Shown piece by piece: positions 20,967 to 40,600 of a DNA stretch of 64,000 nt (position 1 is the stretch's first letter; every line of letters begins with the position of its first letter). Under the pieces are notes generated by a model, which saw only the letters and a list, made by a program, of their open reading frames with translations, searched no databases and had not been told where the DNA came from. Location: assembly GCA_963823655.1 (NCBI GenBank), contig CAWGMK010000010.1:384001-448000 (forward strand). Direction: 5' to 3'. This DNA is from an uncultured Bacillota bacterium (GTDB taxonomy: Bacteria; Bacillota; DTU025; MWDF01). The position numbers and the translations under genes were made by a program.

Positions 20967-21280
20967 CGAAGCACCTCCCTATTGATTTAGACACTGGGAA
21001 TTTGGCATATGCTGCCCCAAACCTTACAAAATATGGCTATCAGACAGCAATGATTAATTTTCAACATTATTGATTCTTATCCTTCATCATTCCACGCATA
21101 CGCAAATGAATATTAATATGGCCGGTTATGTGTAGGATTAATATGTTTTGCAACCTTATGCGGTTCCGGATGTATAAGAGAGGGATAGAGGAAGCCATAT
21201 TGCGGTTGATTCAACTGACCGGATGCTATAAAATAAAATTTGCCGTCAAAAAGAGACGACCAATCAGCGACGGTGTACAC

Positions 21281-21370
21281 GGAGAGATGGCTGAGCGGTC
21301 AAAAGCGCTCGCCTCGAAAGCGAGTGGGCCAGAAATGGCCCCGTGAGTTCGAATCTCACTCTCTCCGCCA
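21281..21370 (+). tRNA. tRNA-Ser(CGA)
   Basis: CTCGC-CT CGA AA-GCGAG, long variable arm, GTTCGAATC, CCA. Confidence 0.96.
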
Positions 21371-21423
21371 TAAAAGAATAGTCCTTCCGGATTGACGCGC
21401 AATCGGTGCGCCGGGCCGGACGC

Positions 21424-21516
21424 GGAGAGGTGGTTGAGTGGTCTAAGGCGCTCGCCTGGAGAGCGAGTAGGCAGATGACCTCTGCCTCGTGGGTTCAAAT
21501 CCCACCCTCTCCGCCA
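21424..21516 (+). tRNA. tRNA-Ser(GGA)
   Basis: CTCGC-CT GGA GA-GCGAG, long variable arm, GTTCAAATC, CCA. Confidence 0.96.
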
Positions 21517-21531
21517 TTAATTGTCCAACTT

Positions 21532-21800
21532 TGGCCGCGCTAGGCGGGGAGTTAGCGGTGCCCTGTACTCGCAATCCGCTGCAGCGAGGCTTAATTCCTG
21601 CCCCAGGCCCTCATTTTTGAGGCAGCCCGGCGCAAGTGGCATTGATATCCGGGTCTTGCGCAATGCGGACCTGTGAACCCCGTCAGGATCGGAAGATAGC
21701 AGCGGTAAACAGGAAACCGCATGTGCCGCGGGGCAGCCTGGAGGGAGTCGGCTACGTCGGTCCCGCTCGGAAGTGCGTGTCGAAGGCAGGTGCGCGGCCA
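21532..21800 (+). ncRNA. ffs: signal recognition particle RNA, large Bacillus/Clostridium type with Alu domain
   Basis: Ends pair (TGGCCGCGC/GCGCGGCCA); Alu-like GGGGAGTTAGCGGTGCCCTGT...CGCAATCCGCT; helix 8 TCAGGATCGGAAGATAGCAGC; upstream of dnaX. Confidence 0.93.
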
Positions 21801-21808
21801 TTCTTTGG

Positions 21809-21841
21809 GGGCGGGCTTATAATGAAGCCCGCCCATTTTTC
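21809..21841 (+). terminator. terminator after SRP RNA
   Basis: GGGCGGGCTT-ataatg-AAGCCCGCCC-ATTTTTT. Confidence 0.75.
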
Positions 21842-21904
21842 ATACTTCGGTTGCAAGGTCAAAGGGCAGGACCTGAAGAACTATAAACAGAAACGGAGGC
21901 AGAC

Positions 21905-23683
21905 ATGTCTTACTTATCTTTGTACAGGCAATGGCGGCCTCAGACATTCGAGGACATCGTAGGGCAGGAGCATATAGTCCGCACGCTGAGAAACGCGATT
22001 TCAAACTCGCGCGTCGTACACGCCTATATGTTTGCCGGCCCCAGGGGCACGGGGAAGACTTCGACTGCGAAGGTATTTGCGAAGGCCCTGAACTGCTCCG
22101 AAGGGCCCACGATCAAGCCTTGCGGGGTTTGCGTGTCCTGCGTCGCGGTCAAAGAGGGCAACGCCCTTGATGTAATCGAAATTGACGCTGCATCCAACAG
22201 GGGAATAGATGAGATTCGAGACCTAAGGGACAAGGTCAGGTTCTCGCCTGCCCAGGGCCGCTACAAGGTCTATATAATTGATGAAGTCCACATGCTGACC
22301 ATGGAAGCTTTCAACGCCCTGTTAAAGACGCTTGAGGAGCCTCCATCGCATGCAATATTCATATTGGCCACTACAGAAGCCAACAGGGTTCCTTCCACAA
22401 TATTGTCCAGATGCCAGAGGTTCGACTTCAACCGCCTTAATGTGACGCAGCTGTCGGCACATCTTAAAAGGATATGCGACGAGATAGGGGTCAAGTACGA
22501 AGCGGATGCGCTAACGCTCATCGCAAGGCGCGCCGAGGGAAGCGCCAGAGACTCGTTAGGCCTCCTGGAGCAGGTAAGCGCCGCAGGCGAAAAGATTACC
22601 ACCGGCATGATAGCCGATATGCTGGGTGCTACGAATTTCGACCGCCTTACCGATATAGCCGAAGCCATCGCAAACTCCGATACAGGAAAGCTATATCCCC
22701 TGATATCCGATACGCTTTCCTCGGGCACTGACCCAAGGCAGCTTCTGGGCGAGATGGGCGAGCACTTCATGGACCTGATGCTCGCATCCGAATGCCCCGA
22801 CAGGAAAGATCTGCTGCATTCAGGCGAGGAGAGATTCCCTCAGCTGTCAAAAGCGGCAGCAATGTTCCGTAAAGGAAGGCTGCATTCGATAATAAAGTCG
22901 ATAGGGTTGGGGCTCGCCGAGATAGGCAAAGCACACAACCCCAGGCTTACGCTCGAACTGTTCCTCGCAAGGCTGATCCAGGACGCATCCGCAGCCATTT
23001 CTCCGGAAGCCGCAGTAGAAGTCGCCGGACCTAGAACGGGAGAGGGGCAAGCGACAGTCCCCGCCCCCACGAAGAGGCAGCAGTCTGCGACCCAGGCATC
23101 AGAGAAGGTACACCCTGCCTCCGAGAAATCGGAGAAGGCCGAGAAGGCCGGAGAGCAGGCAGTTCAGCCGAATAAGCAGGAAGCGACGGAAATCGCCGAC
23201 GTAAAGACGTCCGAGGCGCAGCCCCAAGGCACAACGCAGATATGGAATAAGGTGCTTGAGCAGCTAAGAAGAAGGAATGTGCGCGTCGAGGCCTTTGCCA
23301 GGCAGGCGGTACCACACTTCGACGGCGCTGCACTCACACTTGAGTACACTTCGGATTGGTTCTTCCATCATCAGAAGATGAAGGAGGAGGCCAATGAGGC
23401 CCTTATGAAGGAGATAGTCAAGGAAGTCGCGGGCCCGTCAGTGGAATACAGATGCCTGCTGCTTAAAGAGGGCGAAAAGCCCTCCTCAGAGGCTTCTGCG
23501 GCGAAAAAGCCTGCTAAGCAGGCCCATAAGCAGGAGTCAACCGTAGTAAAGCCAGGCGATGAGGGAGCAGCCTCAAAGGCGGACGATGGGACCAAAATCA
23601 AGGACGAAGAGAAAGTTCAAAAGAGCCTAGACAAGCTCAAGGCGCTTTTCAGCGAAGTTGAGATAAAGATAGTAGAGGAATAG
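21905..23683 (+). CDS. dnaX: DNA polymerase III subunit gamma/tau
   Basis: LYRQWRP, GPRGTGKT, EIDAAS, IIDEVHML, NALLKTLEEPP, SRC. Confidence 0.96.
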   Translation: MSYLSLYRQWRPQTFEDIVGQEHIVRTLRNAISNSRVVHAYMFAGPRGTGKTSTAKVFAKALNCSEGPTIKPCGVCVSCVAVKEGNALDVIEIDAASNRGIDEIRDLRDKVRFSPAQGRYKVYIIDEVHMLTMEAFNALLKTLEEPPSHAIFILATTEANRVPSTILSRCQRFDFNRLNVTQLSAHLKRICDEIGVKYEADALTLIARRAEGSARDSLGLLEQVSAAGEKITTGMIADMLGATNFDRLTDIAEAIANSDTGKLYPLISDTLSSGTDPRQLLGEMGEHFMDLMLASECPDRKDLLHSGEERFPQLSKAAAMFRKGRLHSIIKSIGLGLAEIGKAHNPRLTLELFLARLIQDASAAISPEAAVEVAGPRTGEGQATVPAPTKRQQSATQASEKVHPASEKSEKAEKAGEQAVQPNKQEATEIADVKTSEAQPQGTTQIWNKVLEQLRRRNVRVEAFARQAVPHFDGAALTLEYTSDWFFHHQKMKEEANEALMKEIVKEVAGPSVEYRCLLLKEGEKPSSEASAAKKPAKQAHKQESTVVKPGDEGAASKADDGTKIKDEEKVQKSLDKLKALFSEVEIKIVEE

Positions 23684-23702
23684 TGATTCGGAGGTATTCG
23701 AA

Positions 23703-24020
23703 ATGGGCATGAACATGCAGAACATGATGAAACAGGTCCAGAAGATGCAAAAGGACGTAGCAAGGGTCCAAGCTGAGCTGGCCGAGACCAAAGTGGAGGG
23801 GACTGCGGGCGGCGGCGCCGTCAAAGCGGTCTTCACATGCGCAAAAGAGCCTGTGGAGTTCAAGATCGACCCTTCTGCCGTTGATCCGGATGATGTGGAA
23901 ATGCTTGAGGAGCTAATCCTTGCGGCCACCAAAGAGGCTCTCAAGGCGGCCGAGGATGTAGCCCAGAAGCAGATGTCGCGCGTTACCGGAGGGATGAACA
24001 TCCCAGGTATGGGCTTCTAG
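23703..24020 (+). CDS. ybaB: YbaB/EbfC nucleoid-associated protein
   Basis: MMKQVQKMQ, GTAGGGAV, DPDDVEMLEELI; lies between dnaX and recR. Confidence 0.93.
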   Translation: MGMNMQNMMKQVQKMQKDVARVQAELAETKVEGTAGGGAVKAVFTCAKEPVEFKIDPSAVDPDDVEMLEELILAATKEALKAAEDVAQKQMSRVTGGMNIPGMGF

Positions 24021-24028
24021 GAGGGCGC

Positions 24029-24625
24029 ATGAAATCTCCCGAATCCATGGTCAAACTGGTGGAAGAGCTAAGGAAGCTGCCCGGCGTCGGGCCTAAGACG
24101 GCAGGCCGCCTCGCTCTATATATAATAGGCATGGACTCAGAGTCAGTTACCGGCCTTGCGGATGCGATGGTAGCAGCCAAGCAGAAGATGCACGCTTGTC
24201 CGCGCTGCTACAACCTGACCGACGAGGACATATGCGGAGTATGCTCGGATGATGGCCGTGAAAAAGGGATGATTTGCGTAGTAGAAGGCCCCGAGGACGT
24301 CATAGCGCTTGAGCGTATGGGCGAATACAATGGCCTCTATCATGTGCTTGGAGGCAACATATCCCCCATGAACGGCACCGGACCCGATGACGTAAGGCTC
24401 AGGGAGCTGCTGGAAAGGTTGAAGGAAGGCAATATTACGGAGGTAATACTTGCCACCGACCCGGACGTCGAAGGGGAAGCCACATCCATGTACATCGCAA
24501 GGCTTATCGATTCTTCGGGAATCAAGGTCACCAGGCTGGCCAGAGGGCTTCCTGTAGGAGGAGACCTGGAATATGCCGACGAGGTGACTCTCGCAAGGGC
24601 CATGGAAGGTAGAAGGAAGCTATAA
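24029..24625 (+). CDS. recR: recombination mediator RecR
   Basis: LPGVGPKTA, C4 zinc finger, YHVLGG, EGEAT, RLARGLPVGGDLEYAD. Confidence 0.96.
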   Translation: MKSPESMVKLVEELRKLPGVGPKTAGRLALYIIGMDSESVTGLADAMVAAKQKMHACPRCYNLTDEDICGVCSDDGREKGMICVVEGPEDVIALERMGEYNGLYHVLGGNISPMNGTGPDDVRLRELLERLKEGNITEVILATDPDVEGEATSMYIARLIDSSGIKVTRLARGLPVGGDLEYADEVTLARAMEGRRKL

Positions 24626-24690
24626 ATCGGCCTGTTTAGCTGTTAAAAAAGGAAACCTGGTATTTCGGCTGTTTTTTATGGATTTTCCTG

Positions 24691-24760
24691 TTGACTTAGC
24701 CATTCGGTAATGATAAATTATTCATTGTCGCGTCTAACGAGCGGCGGCTCTTTGAAAACC
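24691..24760 (+). promoter_or_regulatory. rrn promoter and boxA antitermination element
   Basis: TTGACT-17 nt-TAAATT; boxA-like GCTCTTTGAAAAC at 24748, with a second copy GCTCTTTGGCAAC in the ITS at 26619. Confidence 0.7.
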
Positions 24761-24910
24761 GGGAATAGGGAAGGACAGCAAACGAGGAAAGAAGAGAGAG
24801 AAAGAGACTCTAAATAAGCGAGCGGGCGAAGAGGATCTTTGAGAAACTTGTCAGCGGATGAAAAAAAGCTAGGTTAGAGCAGACCTCTAATGGGGTTTAG
24901 CGATAAACTT

Positions 24911-26453
<1,543 letters not shown>

Positions 26454-26749
26454 TTAGGCAAAGCGCTTAGGCGCCGAGCCGAAGACTTCAGGTCGATGAT
26501 CAATTCGTCCATCAAAGCTCGCGCCGGTGGCTGACAAGCCGGCGGGTCAATGACTCTCTCAGACAACTCGTAAGTTCAACTTCCATGTTCCCGGTTTCCA
26601 GGGAGTCTTCCTTGGAGTGCTCTTTGGCAACCGCATAAGGGAAAAGTGAAGAGGAAAGAAAAAAAGGGTAACAAAAGGCAAGTGTATACAGTCCAGGCGA
26701 ATACCTGGGAAAAGATAGAAGAAGCGCGTAAAGGGAAATAAAGACAATT

Positions 26750-29694
<2,945 letters not shown>

Positions 29695-29813
29695 TTTCAT
29701 AGCGGACTTCTGCTTAGGAACAGATATCCGCCGTGACTGTAGCTTGCCCAACCCATTACCCCAAAATCCATCCTCTTCTTCAATTCACCTTTTGCGGTTG
29801 CCAAAGGGCATTT

Positions 29814-29929
29814 TCCGGTGGCAATGGCGGAGGGGCCACACCTGTTCCCATTCCGAACACAGTAGTTAAGCCCTCCAGCGCCGATGGTACTCGGCTGGCA
29901 ACGGCCCGGGAGAGTAGGACGCCGCCGGA
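29814..29929 (+). rRNA. rrf: 5S ribosomal RNA
   Basis: TCCGGTGG...CCCATTCCGAACAC...GATGGTACT...GAGAGTAGGACGCCGCCGGA. Confidence 0.97.
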
Positions 29930-29938
29930 TCTTTAGTT

Positions 29939-29972
29939 AAAGGCCTTCGCTTATCGCGAGGGCCTTTTTCTT
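29939..29972 (+). terminator. rrn terminator
   Basis: AAAGGCCTTCGC-ttatc-GCGAGGGCCTTTTTCTTT. Confidence 0.8.
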
Positions 29973-30057
29973 TGCGCAAAATCGCCGAAATTGAACCTTA
30001 TACTGCCAATATCTGATAGAATATTCGCGGGATAAAAGAAGCAAGGAGTTGTTAATC

Positions 30058-31447
30058 TTGTCATCTACGGTAACGCCTGTGTCCCCCAAAGCATTGGAAT
30101 CCGCAAATGTACTAAGAAGGCTGGTTAAATGGATCCTCATAGGAGTGCTGGCCGGATTGCTTTCTGCAATAGGGATTATCGCCTTCTTGAAGCTTCTTAT
30201 ATACCGGAATCGAGTATGCCCATGAGGCGGGCGACTTCTGGTGGCTGTTGCTGCCAGTGGGCGGCTTCATAAGCACATTATTGATAATGAACGTTGCGCC
30301 GCAGGCGTTCGGGCATGGCACCGAAGCTGTAATAAGGTCGGTCAACCAGGGCAACGGGAACATCCCGTTCATAGTAGCGCCTGTTAAGGCAATCGCCACC
30401 GTAATATCCATATCCGCCGGCGCATCCCTGGGCAAGGAAGGCCCTTCAGCGCAGATAGGCGGGGCTATAACATCCACTCTAGGAAAGCTTCTAAGGCTCG
30501 AGAAAGAGGATCTGAGAAGATTGACGCTCTGCGGCATGGCGGCCGGCTTCTCAATAGTAAGCGGCGCCCCGATCGCCGGTGCGATATTCGCGACTGAGGC
30601 GCTGGTGCTGGGCTCCCTGAACTACACTTACCTTCTTCCCAGCCTGATTACCTCCGTGACCTCTGTGTATGCCGCAAGGCTATTCGATCAGAGGTTCGAG
30701 CTTCACATCTACCATCCATTGTGGGACATAGTCGAAAGGGGCGAGCTGTGGAAGGGCGTTGAGGAATTCTCACTTGCCAGTTCCATGCCTTTGCTGCTTC
30801 TTACCATACTCGGCGCTGTAGTAATTGGCCTCGCAGCCCTGCTGTTCACGAAGGCGGCCGAAGTATCGGAGACCGTCTTCCACAAGATCAAGCTCTGGAT
30901 GCCTTTGAAGACCGCCCTTGGCGGCATCGTACTCGTTGTGCTCGCCCTGGTATTCGGCAGGGAGTATCTGGGCCTCGGGATGCATGAGCTGTGCGATCCC
31001 GCATTAGCCGGCGAGCAGGTCTCCTATTTCGCCTTCGCGCTGAAGATCCTGTTCGTCGCAGTGAGCCTCGGATGCGGTTTCAGCGGAGGCGCCATGACCC
31101 CCATATTCGTAATCGGCTCAGTAGCAGGTGCTGCCTTCGGCAGGGCTTTAGGGCTGGACATACAGTTTGCGGCCGGCATCGGCATAGTGGCGTTCCTCGC
31201 GGGCGCGGCCAACACTCCCATTACCGCCGCGGTCCTCGGACTTGAACTTTTCGGCCCGTCATTCGGCATATATGGGGCGATTGCGGCCCTCATCGGCTAC
31301 ACAGTCTCGGGGCATACCAGCATAAATGCCAGCCAGATATTCGGCGGCCCGAAGATCTGCTCAGGGGACGATTGCCCGGGCCTTGGCAAGTCATTCGAGG
31401 AGATACAGTGGGAGCACCACTCGCATAACTGGCGGCAGAATCCTTAA
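30058..31447 (+). CDS. ClC (EriC-like) chloride channel/antiporter, one apparent +1 indel near 30199
   Basis: GHGTE, GASLGKEGP, CGMAAG, GFSGGAMTP, NTPITA; N-terminal TM (KWILIGVLAG) sits in the adjacent frame from a TTG after an AAGGAG SD. Confidence 0.85.
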
Positions 31448-31577
31448 GAAGCGGCCTTGCCTTAGGGCGGGGCCGCTATTTGCTGCACTTTTCACAAAAT
31501 AGCGAAATGTTAACATCAATAGGCCCAAGTCGTTATATAATTATTAAAATACATGAGATTGAACTGGAGGAGAAAGA

Positions 31578-34893
<3,316 letters not shown>

Positions 34894-34919
34894 AAGCCGG
34901 CGCGAAGGAGGCAGGACTA

Positions 34920-36171
34920 ATGAAAGCTTTCAGGAACGCGACTCTAATGGCATTGATTGCGGCCATGATCCTAAGCATCGGAGCGGCCGCGGGCTCGGCA
35001 CCGAATGTAAACAGCATAATAATCAACCCCAACCCGCCTTACCAGTCGAGCATCTGGTCGGACAGGGCGAACTATTCCATAGGGGATAAGATCGGCATCG
35101 GCTTCAGGGTCAACAAGGATTCCTACGCCTATGTGTTCTCGATAGACGCAACCGGGGTTGTAAGGCTCATATTCCCGAACATTTACTCGTCGGACAACAA
35201 GGTTAAGGCGAACAGGGCCTATTCCCTGCCCGACAACAACAAGTACAATTTCACGATCGGCGGCCCTGCGGGCACTGACCAGCTGGTGCTCATAAGCACC
35301 CCCAACAAGATAGATGACACGGACTGGCTGAGAAGGTCCCTGCAGCAGAACAGCTTCGCCCCGCAGGTGAACATCAATATTGCGGCGGACGGCTTCATGG
35401 CGCAGATCAAGAGCGTGATTATCACCCCTGTTTTCAAGAATGAGTGGTCCAGCGCTTATGCCACATATACAGTGGGCGGATGGGTCAACATCCCGACGCC
35501 GGTGACGCCTCCCGTAGTTGTGGTGCCGCCTGTTGTGGTAAACCCGCCAGTTATAGTGAACCCTCCGGTTATCAACCCGGTATTGCTGTACGGCAGGATC
35601 AATGTCTCGACTAACCCGGCGGGCGCAAAGGTATACCTTAACGGCGTGGACCAGGGCAGCAGCCCTTCAAGCATCGCGAACCTCAGGTTCGGCGAATATG
35701 AAGTGACTGTCGTATATCCCGGCTACTACACCGCCACCAGGCGCGTACAGGTAAACGGGACTGCAACGCAAAGCGTCGCAATCACCATGGACCGCATTGT
35801 AGACAGGGCCGCGGGAACTGCAGTGTTCACTAAGCTTGTGGACATGGGCTGGCCTTCCTCAGGGCCTGTTACACGAAGTCTTCTCGTACTACGGCTACAA
35901 CGGCAGCATCAACTTGAGGGCCGACGTGATACTGGGCATGATCTCAAGGATACAGGCCACGGCAACCGTACAGGGCCAGTCGGTGCAGTTCGCGGAGCTG
36001 ACGGGCTCAGGCCAGGATGCAGCTTATGCCGGCAAGGTAGTGGAGTATCTTTTCAGGCCCTTTACCATAAGGCTTACGGTCGTTAGCGTAAACAATGTGA
36101 CAGGTTCGCTTACAGGCGCAAGCTACATCGAATCGATCAAGCTCTACATAGAGGTGTTCTACGTAGGCTAG
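34920..36171 (+). CDS. secreted DUF4384 + PEGA domain protein, one apparent +1 indel near 35872
   Basis: Signal peptide; YSIGDKI..FRVNKDSYAYVFSIDATG..RLIFPN...GPAGTD (DUF4384-like); PPVV linker; GRINVSTNPAGAKVYLNG..G.SP (PEGA). Confidence 0.75.
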
Positions 36172-36201
36172 CCTTGATGGCAACTAAGAGCATGGATATT
36201 G

Positions 36202-36230
36202 GCGGCGGGGGGATGCCCTCCGCCGCTTTT
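36202..36230 (+). terminator. terminator after the PEGA gene
   Basis: GCGGCGGGGG...CCTCCGCCGC-TTTT. Confidence 0.65.
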
Positions 36231-36306
36231 CCCGCTTCTTTTACAGGAAATCGGCCAAGTTGCTATAATATAGTATTAGCTGCATGAAAAACAGGAGGTG
36301 GGCCGC

Positions 36307-37602
36307 ATGGCCTCATTGGCCACAATAGCGGGAATCGGGAGGTTCCAGGATCAAGAAGTAGAACTCAGAGGCTGGCTTTACAACAAAAGATCCAGCGGAA
36401 AGATCCATTTCCTCGAGCTCAGGGACGGAACAGGCTTCATACAGTGCGTAGTGGTCAAAGGCGAAGTAACCGACGAGGTCTTCGAGGCCGCAGGATCGCT
36501 TACGCAAGAATCGTCTTTCAAACTGATCGGCCGCGTGAGGGCCGATGCTAGGGCGAAGGGCGGCTTCGAGGTAACTGTAAGCTCACTCACGGTGTTCCAG
36601 ATAGCACAGGACTATCCGATTACGCCCAAAGAGCACGGCACGGACTTCCTGATGGACAACCGCCACCTTTGGATTAGGCATAAGAGGCAGCACGCGCTGC
36701 TTACTATAAGGCATGAGGTAATTGCCTCTGCCCAGCAATTCCTGAACGAAAACGGTTTCTTGAGGATAGACTCGCCGATTTTGACGCCGGCGGCCTGCGA
36801 GGGCACGACGACGCTCTTTGAAACCGAGTATTTCGAGGAGAAGGCATACCTGAGCCAGTCCGGCCAGCTCTATAACGAGGCGGACGCCATGGCTTTCGGC
36901 AAAGTATACTGCTTCGGCCCGACTTTCAGGGCCGAGAAGTCGAAGACCAGGAGGCATTTGATCGAATTCTGGATGCTCGAGCCGGAGATGGCATGGTGCG
37001 ACCAGGAGGAGAACCAGCAGGTGCAGGAGCAGCTGGTCTCGTTCATCGTACAGAAAGTTGTCGAGAAGAGAAGGCCGGAACTTGAACTGCTGGAAAGGGA
37101 TATCAAGAAGCTTGAGAACATCAAGCCGCCTTTCCCCAGGCTGTCCTATGACGACGCGATAGCCATGCTTAAGGCGGAAGGGCACGAAGTCCAGTGGGGC
37201 GACGATTTCGGGGCCCCGGACGAGACTTTGATCTCGAACAAGTTCGACAGGCCGGTGTTCGTGACCAATTACCCGACCTCGATAAAGGCATTCTACATGC
37301 AGCCCGCCCCGGGCAGGCCCGAGGTTGTGAAATGCGCTGACATGCTGGCGCCGGAAGGCTACGGCGAGATAATCGGCGGCAGCGAGAGGATACATGATCC
37401 GGCGCTTATGCAGGAGCGTATGAGGCAACATAGCCTGAGCGATGAAGCTTATGGCTGGTATATGCAGCTTAGGAAGTACGGCACGGTGCCTCATTCCGGT
37501 TTCGGAATAGGCATCGAAAGGACTGTCGCGTGGATTACGGGCTCCGAGCACATCAGGGAGATGATAGCGTTCCCCAGGCTTTTAAACAGGCTGCGCCCGT
37601 AA
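36307..37602 (+). CDS. asnS: asparagine--tRNA ligase
   Basis: [63 protein letters not shown]. Confidence 0.95.
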   Translation: MASLATIAGIGRFQDQEVELRGWLYNKRSSGKIHFLELRDGTGFIQCVVVKGEVTDEVFEAAGSLTQESSFKLIGRVRADARAKGGFEVTVSSLTVFQIAQDYPITPKEHGTDFLMDNRHLWIRHKRQHALLTIRHEVIASAQQFLNENGFLRIDSPILTPAACEGTTTLFETEYFEEKAYLSQSGQLYNEADAMAFGKVYCFGPTFRAEKSKTRRHLIEFWMLEPEMAWCDQEENQQVQEQLVSFIVQKVVEKRRPELELLERDIKKLENIKPPFPRLSYDDAIAMLKAEGHEVQWGDDFGAPDETLISNKFDRPVFVTNYPTSIKAFYMQPAPGRPEVVKCADMLAPEGYGEIIGGSERIHDPALMQERMRQHSLSDEAYGWYMQLRKYGTVPHSGFGIGIERTVAWITGSEHIREMIAFPRLLNRLRP

Positions 37603-37618
37603 ATTCCTGACGGCGAGG

Positions 37619-37646
37619 CGAACCAAACGTCTCTGTCGTCGTCTAA
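37619..37646 (+). promoter_or_regulatory. candidate ECF sigma-factor promoter
   Basis: CGAAC-N16-CGTCTAA, 40 nt upstream of the giant surface-protein gene. Confidence 0.45.
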
Positions 37647-37685
37647 TTATTGAATTGGACAAATCAATCTAAGGGGGGATAGACC

Positions 37686-40600
37686 ATGCGTACTAGAAGG
37701 CCGATGGCACTTATAGTCACAGCTGTTGTCGTCTTCACATTGTTCATCGGTGCAGGCTCGGCGATGGCGCAGATAAGCACACATCTGCAAAATGGCGAGA
37801 GATTTATAACCGAGGGCAATTGGGCATCAGCAGTTATTGAGTTCAGGAATGCCCTGAGCTATGAAGCACAGAATACAACGGCCTGGTATGGCCTTGGCAG
37901 AGCCTATGAGGGCCTGTCTGGGGCGAAAGGCGCATTCGATCGGAAGATCGAAGGTCTTACGGGAATCGCCGAGTCAAGCGACTGGGCGCTGACCGCTGAG
38001 GCATCATCCAACCTGAATGAAGCAGTCAAGGCGTTTACGAATGCCGTTTCTAATTTCCCTTCGAACGTTTCGGCCATAGCGCCTTTGGCAAGGGCGCAGT
38101 TCATGCTGGGACGCACGCAGGAGGCGCTGCTTACGCTGGAGAAGGCAATCAGCCCGTTCCAGCTCAACAACGACGCGCTGGCGCATATGCTGTACATCGG
38201 TACGCTTTCCGGCGATGCGCAGAGAGTGGCATACTACGCACAGATAGCAAGGGCCAACCAGCAGGCCATGTCAGATCCTGCGGTCCTGCACGCCCTCTCG
38301 GCCATCGAGTACGCCAAGGGCGACTATAAAGCGGCCGAAGCCATACTGACTCCGCTTATGTACAGATACGACATAGGCTACATTCCGCTTAAGGCCATGG
38401 GAGATGTCTTGCTCGCACAGGGCAGGCCACTGGAAGCGGTCAACTTCTACAGGTACGCGGCCGGCCTAAACGACAAGGCATCCGGCGCGTGGTTAATGTA
38501 TGCGGATATCATGTCCCTGTCAGGGGACGCGGTAAATGCGGCCTCTGCATACAGGTCGGCGTTGCTGGCCAACCCGTCATCTGTCTGGGCCAAGTTCGGC
38601 CTCGCCAGAAGCCTTGCCGAGACCAACGACCCCAACGGGGCGCTGGGGCTTCTAAAAGACATCGTCGAGACGGGCAATGCCGCAAACCTCGACAGCATAT
38701 ATACCTATAAGGGTCAGGTCGAAAGGACCTTGGGCCAGCTGCAGCAGGCAGAGATTTCCCTTAAGTCCGCCCTGGTCCTGAATTCGGCAAACTCAGTAGC
38801 CGCGAACTACCTGAACCTGGTACAAGGCGAGATGCGCACAAGGGGCATGTCCAGCCTTCAGTTCGACGGCGTATCCATACCTGCTTTCGACGGCTTCGTG
38901 ATCAACGGCGGTGCCGCGTTCACGAACAACCGCAAAGTAGTCCTCAATGTCAACACTTCGGCCAGCTATGTGGCCTTCAAGAACGAGAACTCGGACTACT
39001 CCGCGATGAACTTCAAGTTCGGGAGCACCGCCTCGTACGATTGGCTCCTGTCCGACATCGACGGCAAGAAATCCGTTCAGATGAGGACAAGGGAAGGCCT
39101 CTTCTCCGTAGCGAAGGACGGCCCGGTCAAGGAGATAATGCTTGATTCGACCGCCCCGGTGATCTCCTTCAAGGAGACCAAGTTCAGCTCGGGCAACGTC
39201 TTCCTTATGACGCTGCAGGCGACAGACGCTGCGACCGGCATAGGCTCGTTCTGGCTCTCCGTAGACGGCATAGATTGGAAATACTATAGATGGATTGGCG
39301 GCTCGTTCCCCTTCAGTCTGACGAACGTGCCTGCTAACAAGATAGTATCCGGCGCTATAGTAGACGGGGCGGGCAATTTCATGCCCTTCCAGTCCGATCT
39401 CGGCTCGACTGTCCCGGGACCTGTTATCACTAATGTGACAGTACAGGAGACCGGCACGGGCAAAGTCACGGTGAAATGGAACACCGACAGGCTGGCAGAC
39501 AGCTATGTGGAGTATAAGCTCGGCCAGGCCGCCAACACTGTGGGAGCCCCTACATCGACCAAGACCCACAGCGTGGACATCACAGGGCTTGTCACCGGCC
39601 AGACATACCAGTTCAAACCGATTTCCACCGACAGCTACGGCTTAAGGGCCGAAGGGCAGCCGGTAAGCCTTCTGATAAGCATGCCAGCTTCAGGGCCCGT
39701 CATAAGCAACATCAACGTTACCAACGTGTCAGCAAGCGCCGCCACTATCTCATGGACGACGAATGTGGCAGCTTACGGCTATGTGGTTTATACCTCAGCC
39801 GGGCAGCAGTTCACCTCCCAGCAGGTGGGCCCGTCGCAGTCGGCGCAGGTATCGCTTACGGGCTTAACCCAGATAGCCAGCTACCAATACCAGATAGTCG
39901 CCTGGGATGCAGCAGGGCGCCAGTCCTACTCCGACCCCAGGACGTTTACAACGCTCTCATCCGACAGGGTGGCACCCGTAATCTCCACGCTTAGGATCAG
40001 CGGCGGAGTTACGACTACGGGCAACCGCAATGTCGGCATAGAGCTGTTCGCGACCGATGATTCGGGATATGTCACCGAGATGAGCTTCAGGGATGACGCG
40101 ACAAGCTGGGGTGCCTGGCAGACGTACAACTCCTATGCAAGCTTCATCCTCAGCGACAAGGACGGCCAAAGGACGATATACGCAAGGGTAAGGGATACCC
40201 AGGGCAACATATCGGCCGAGGCGTCCGTAAGGGTCACACTGGACAGGACCGCCCCCAAGATCAGCTGGGTCGGCGCCCAGGTTGGCTCAGATATGGCGGA
40301 TGTGACATGGGATACCGATGAGAACGCCAATTCGTGGGTGCTCTTCGGCTCCTCACAATTCTCGCTCAACAGCACCATGGGGCAGGCAGACTCCACAAGG
40401 TCGCATAAGGTGATGCTCACCGGCCTGCTTTCCAATACGACCTACTTCTACAAGGTAATGTCGCGCGATGCGACCGGCAACTCCTCGGAGAGCTCAGTGA
40501 GCTCCTTCAGGACTCAAGCCGCGGTGCAGTCTGACACCAAGGCGCCTACCGGCTCCATCACGATCAATGACAATTCGCAATATACAAGGTCCAGATACCT

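Noticed and set aside
21055-21090. sigmaH-like promoter (AGGA-N17-GAAA, minus strand) upstream of the M14 peptidase
   Set aside because: Imperfect -10 in an AT-rich region; too weak to support from sequence alone.
23495-23515. dnaX -1 frameshift site producing a gamma subunit
   Set aside because: GAAAAAG has only five A's rather than A AAA AAG, sits very late in the gene, and has no clear stimulatory hairpin.
30300-30460. ClC as a fluoride-specific CLC-F
   Set aside because: Has GHGTE and GKEGP rather than the GNNLI/GMGLI and GREGT signatures, and no fluoride riboswitch is seen.
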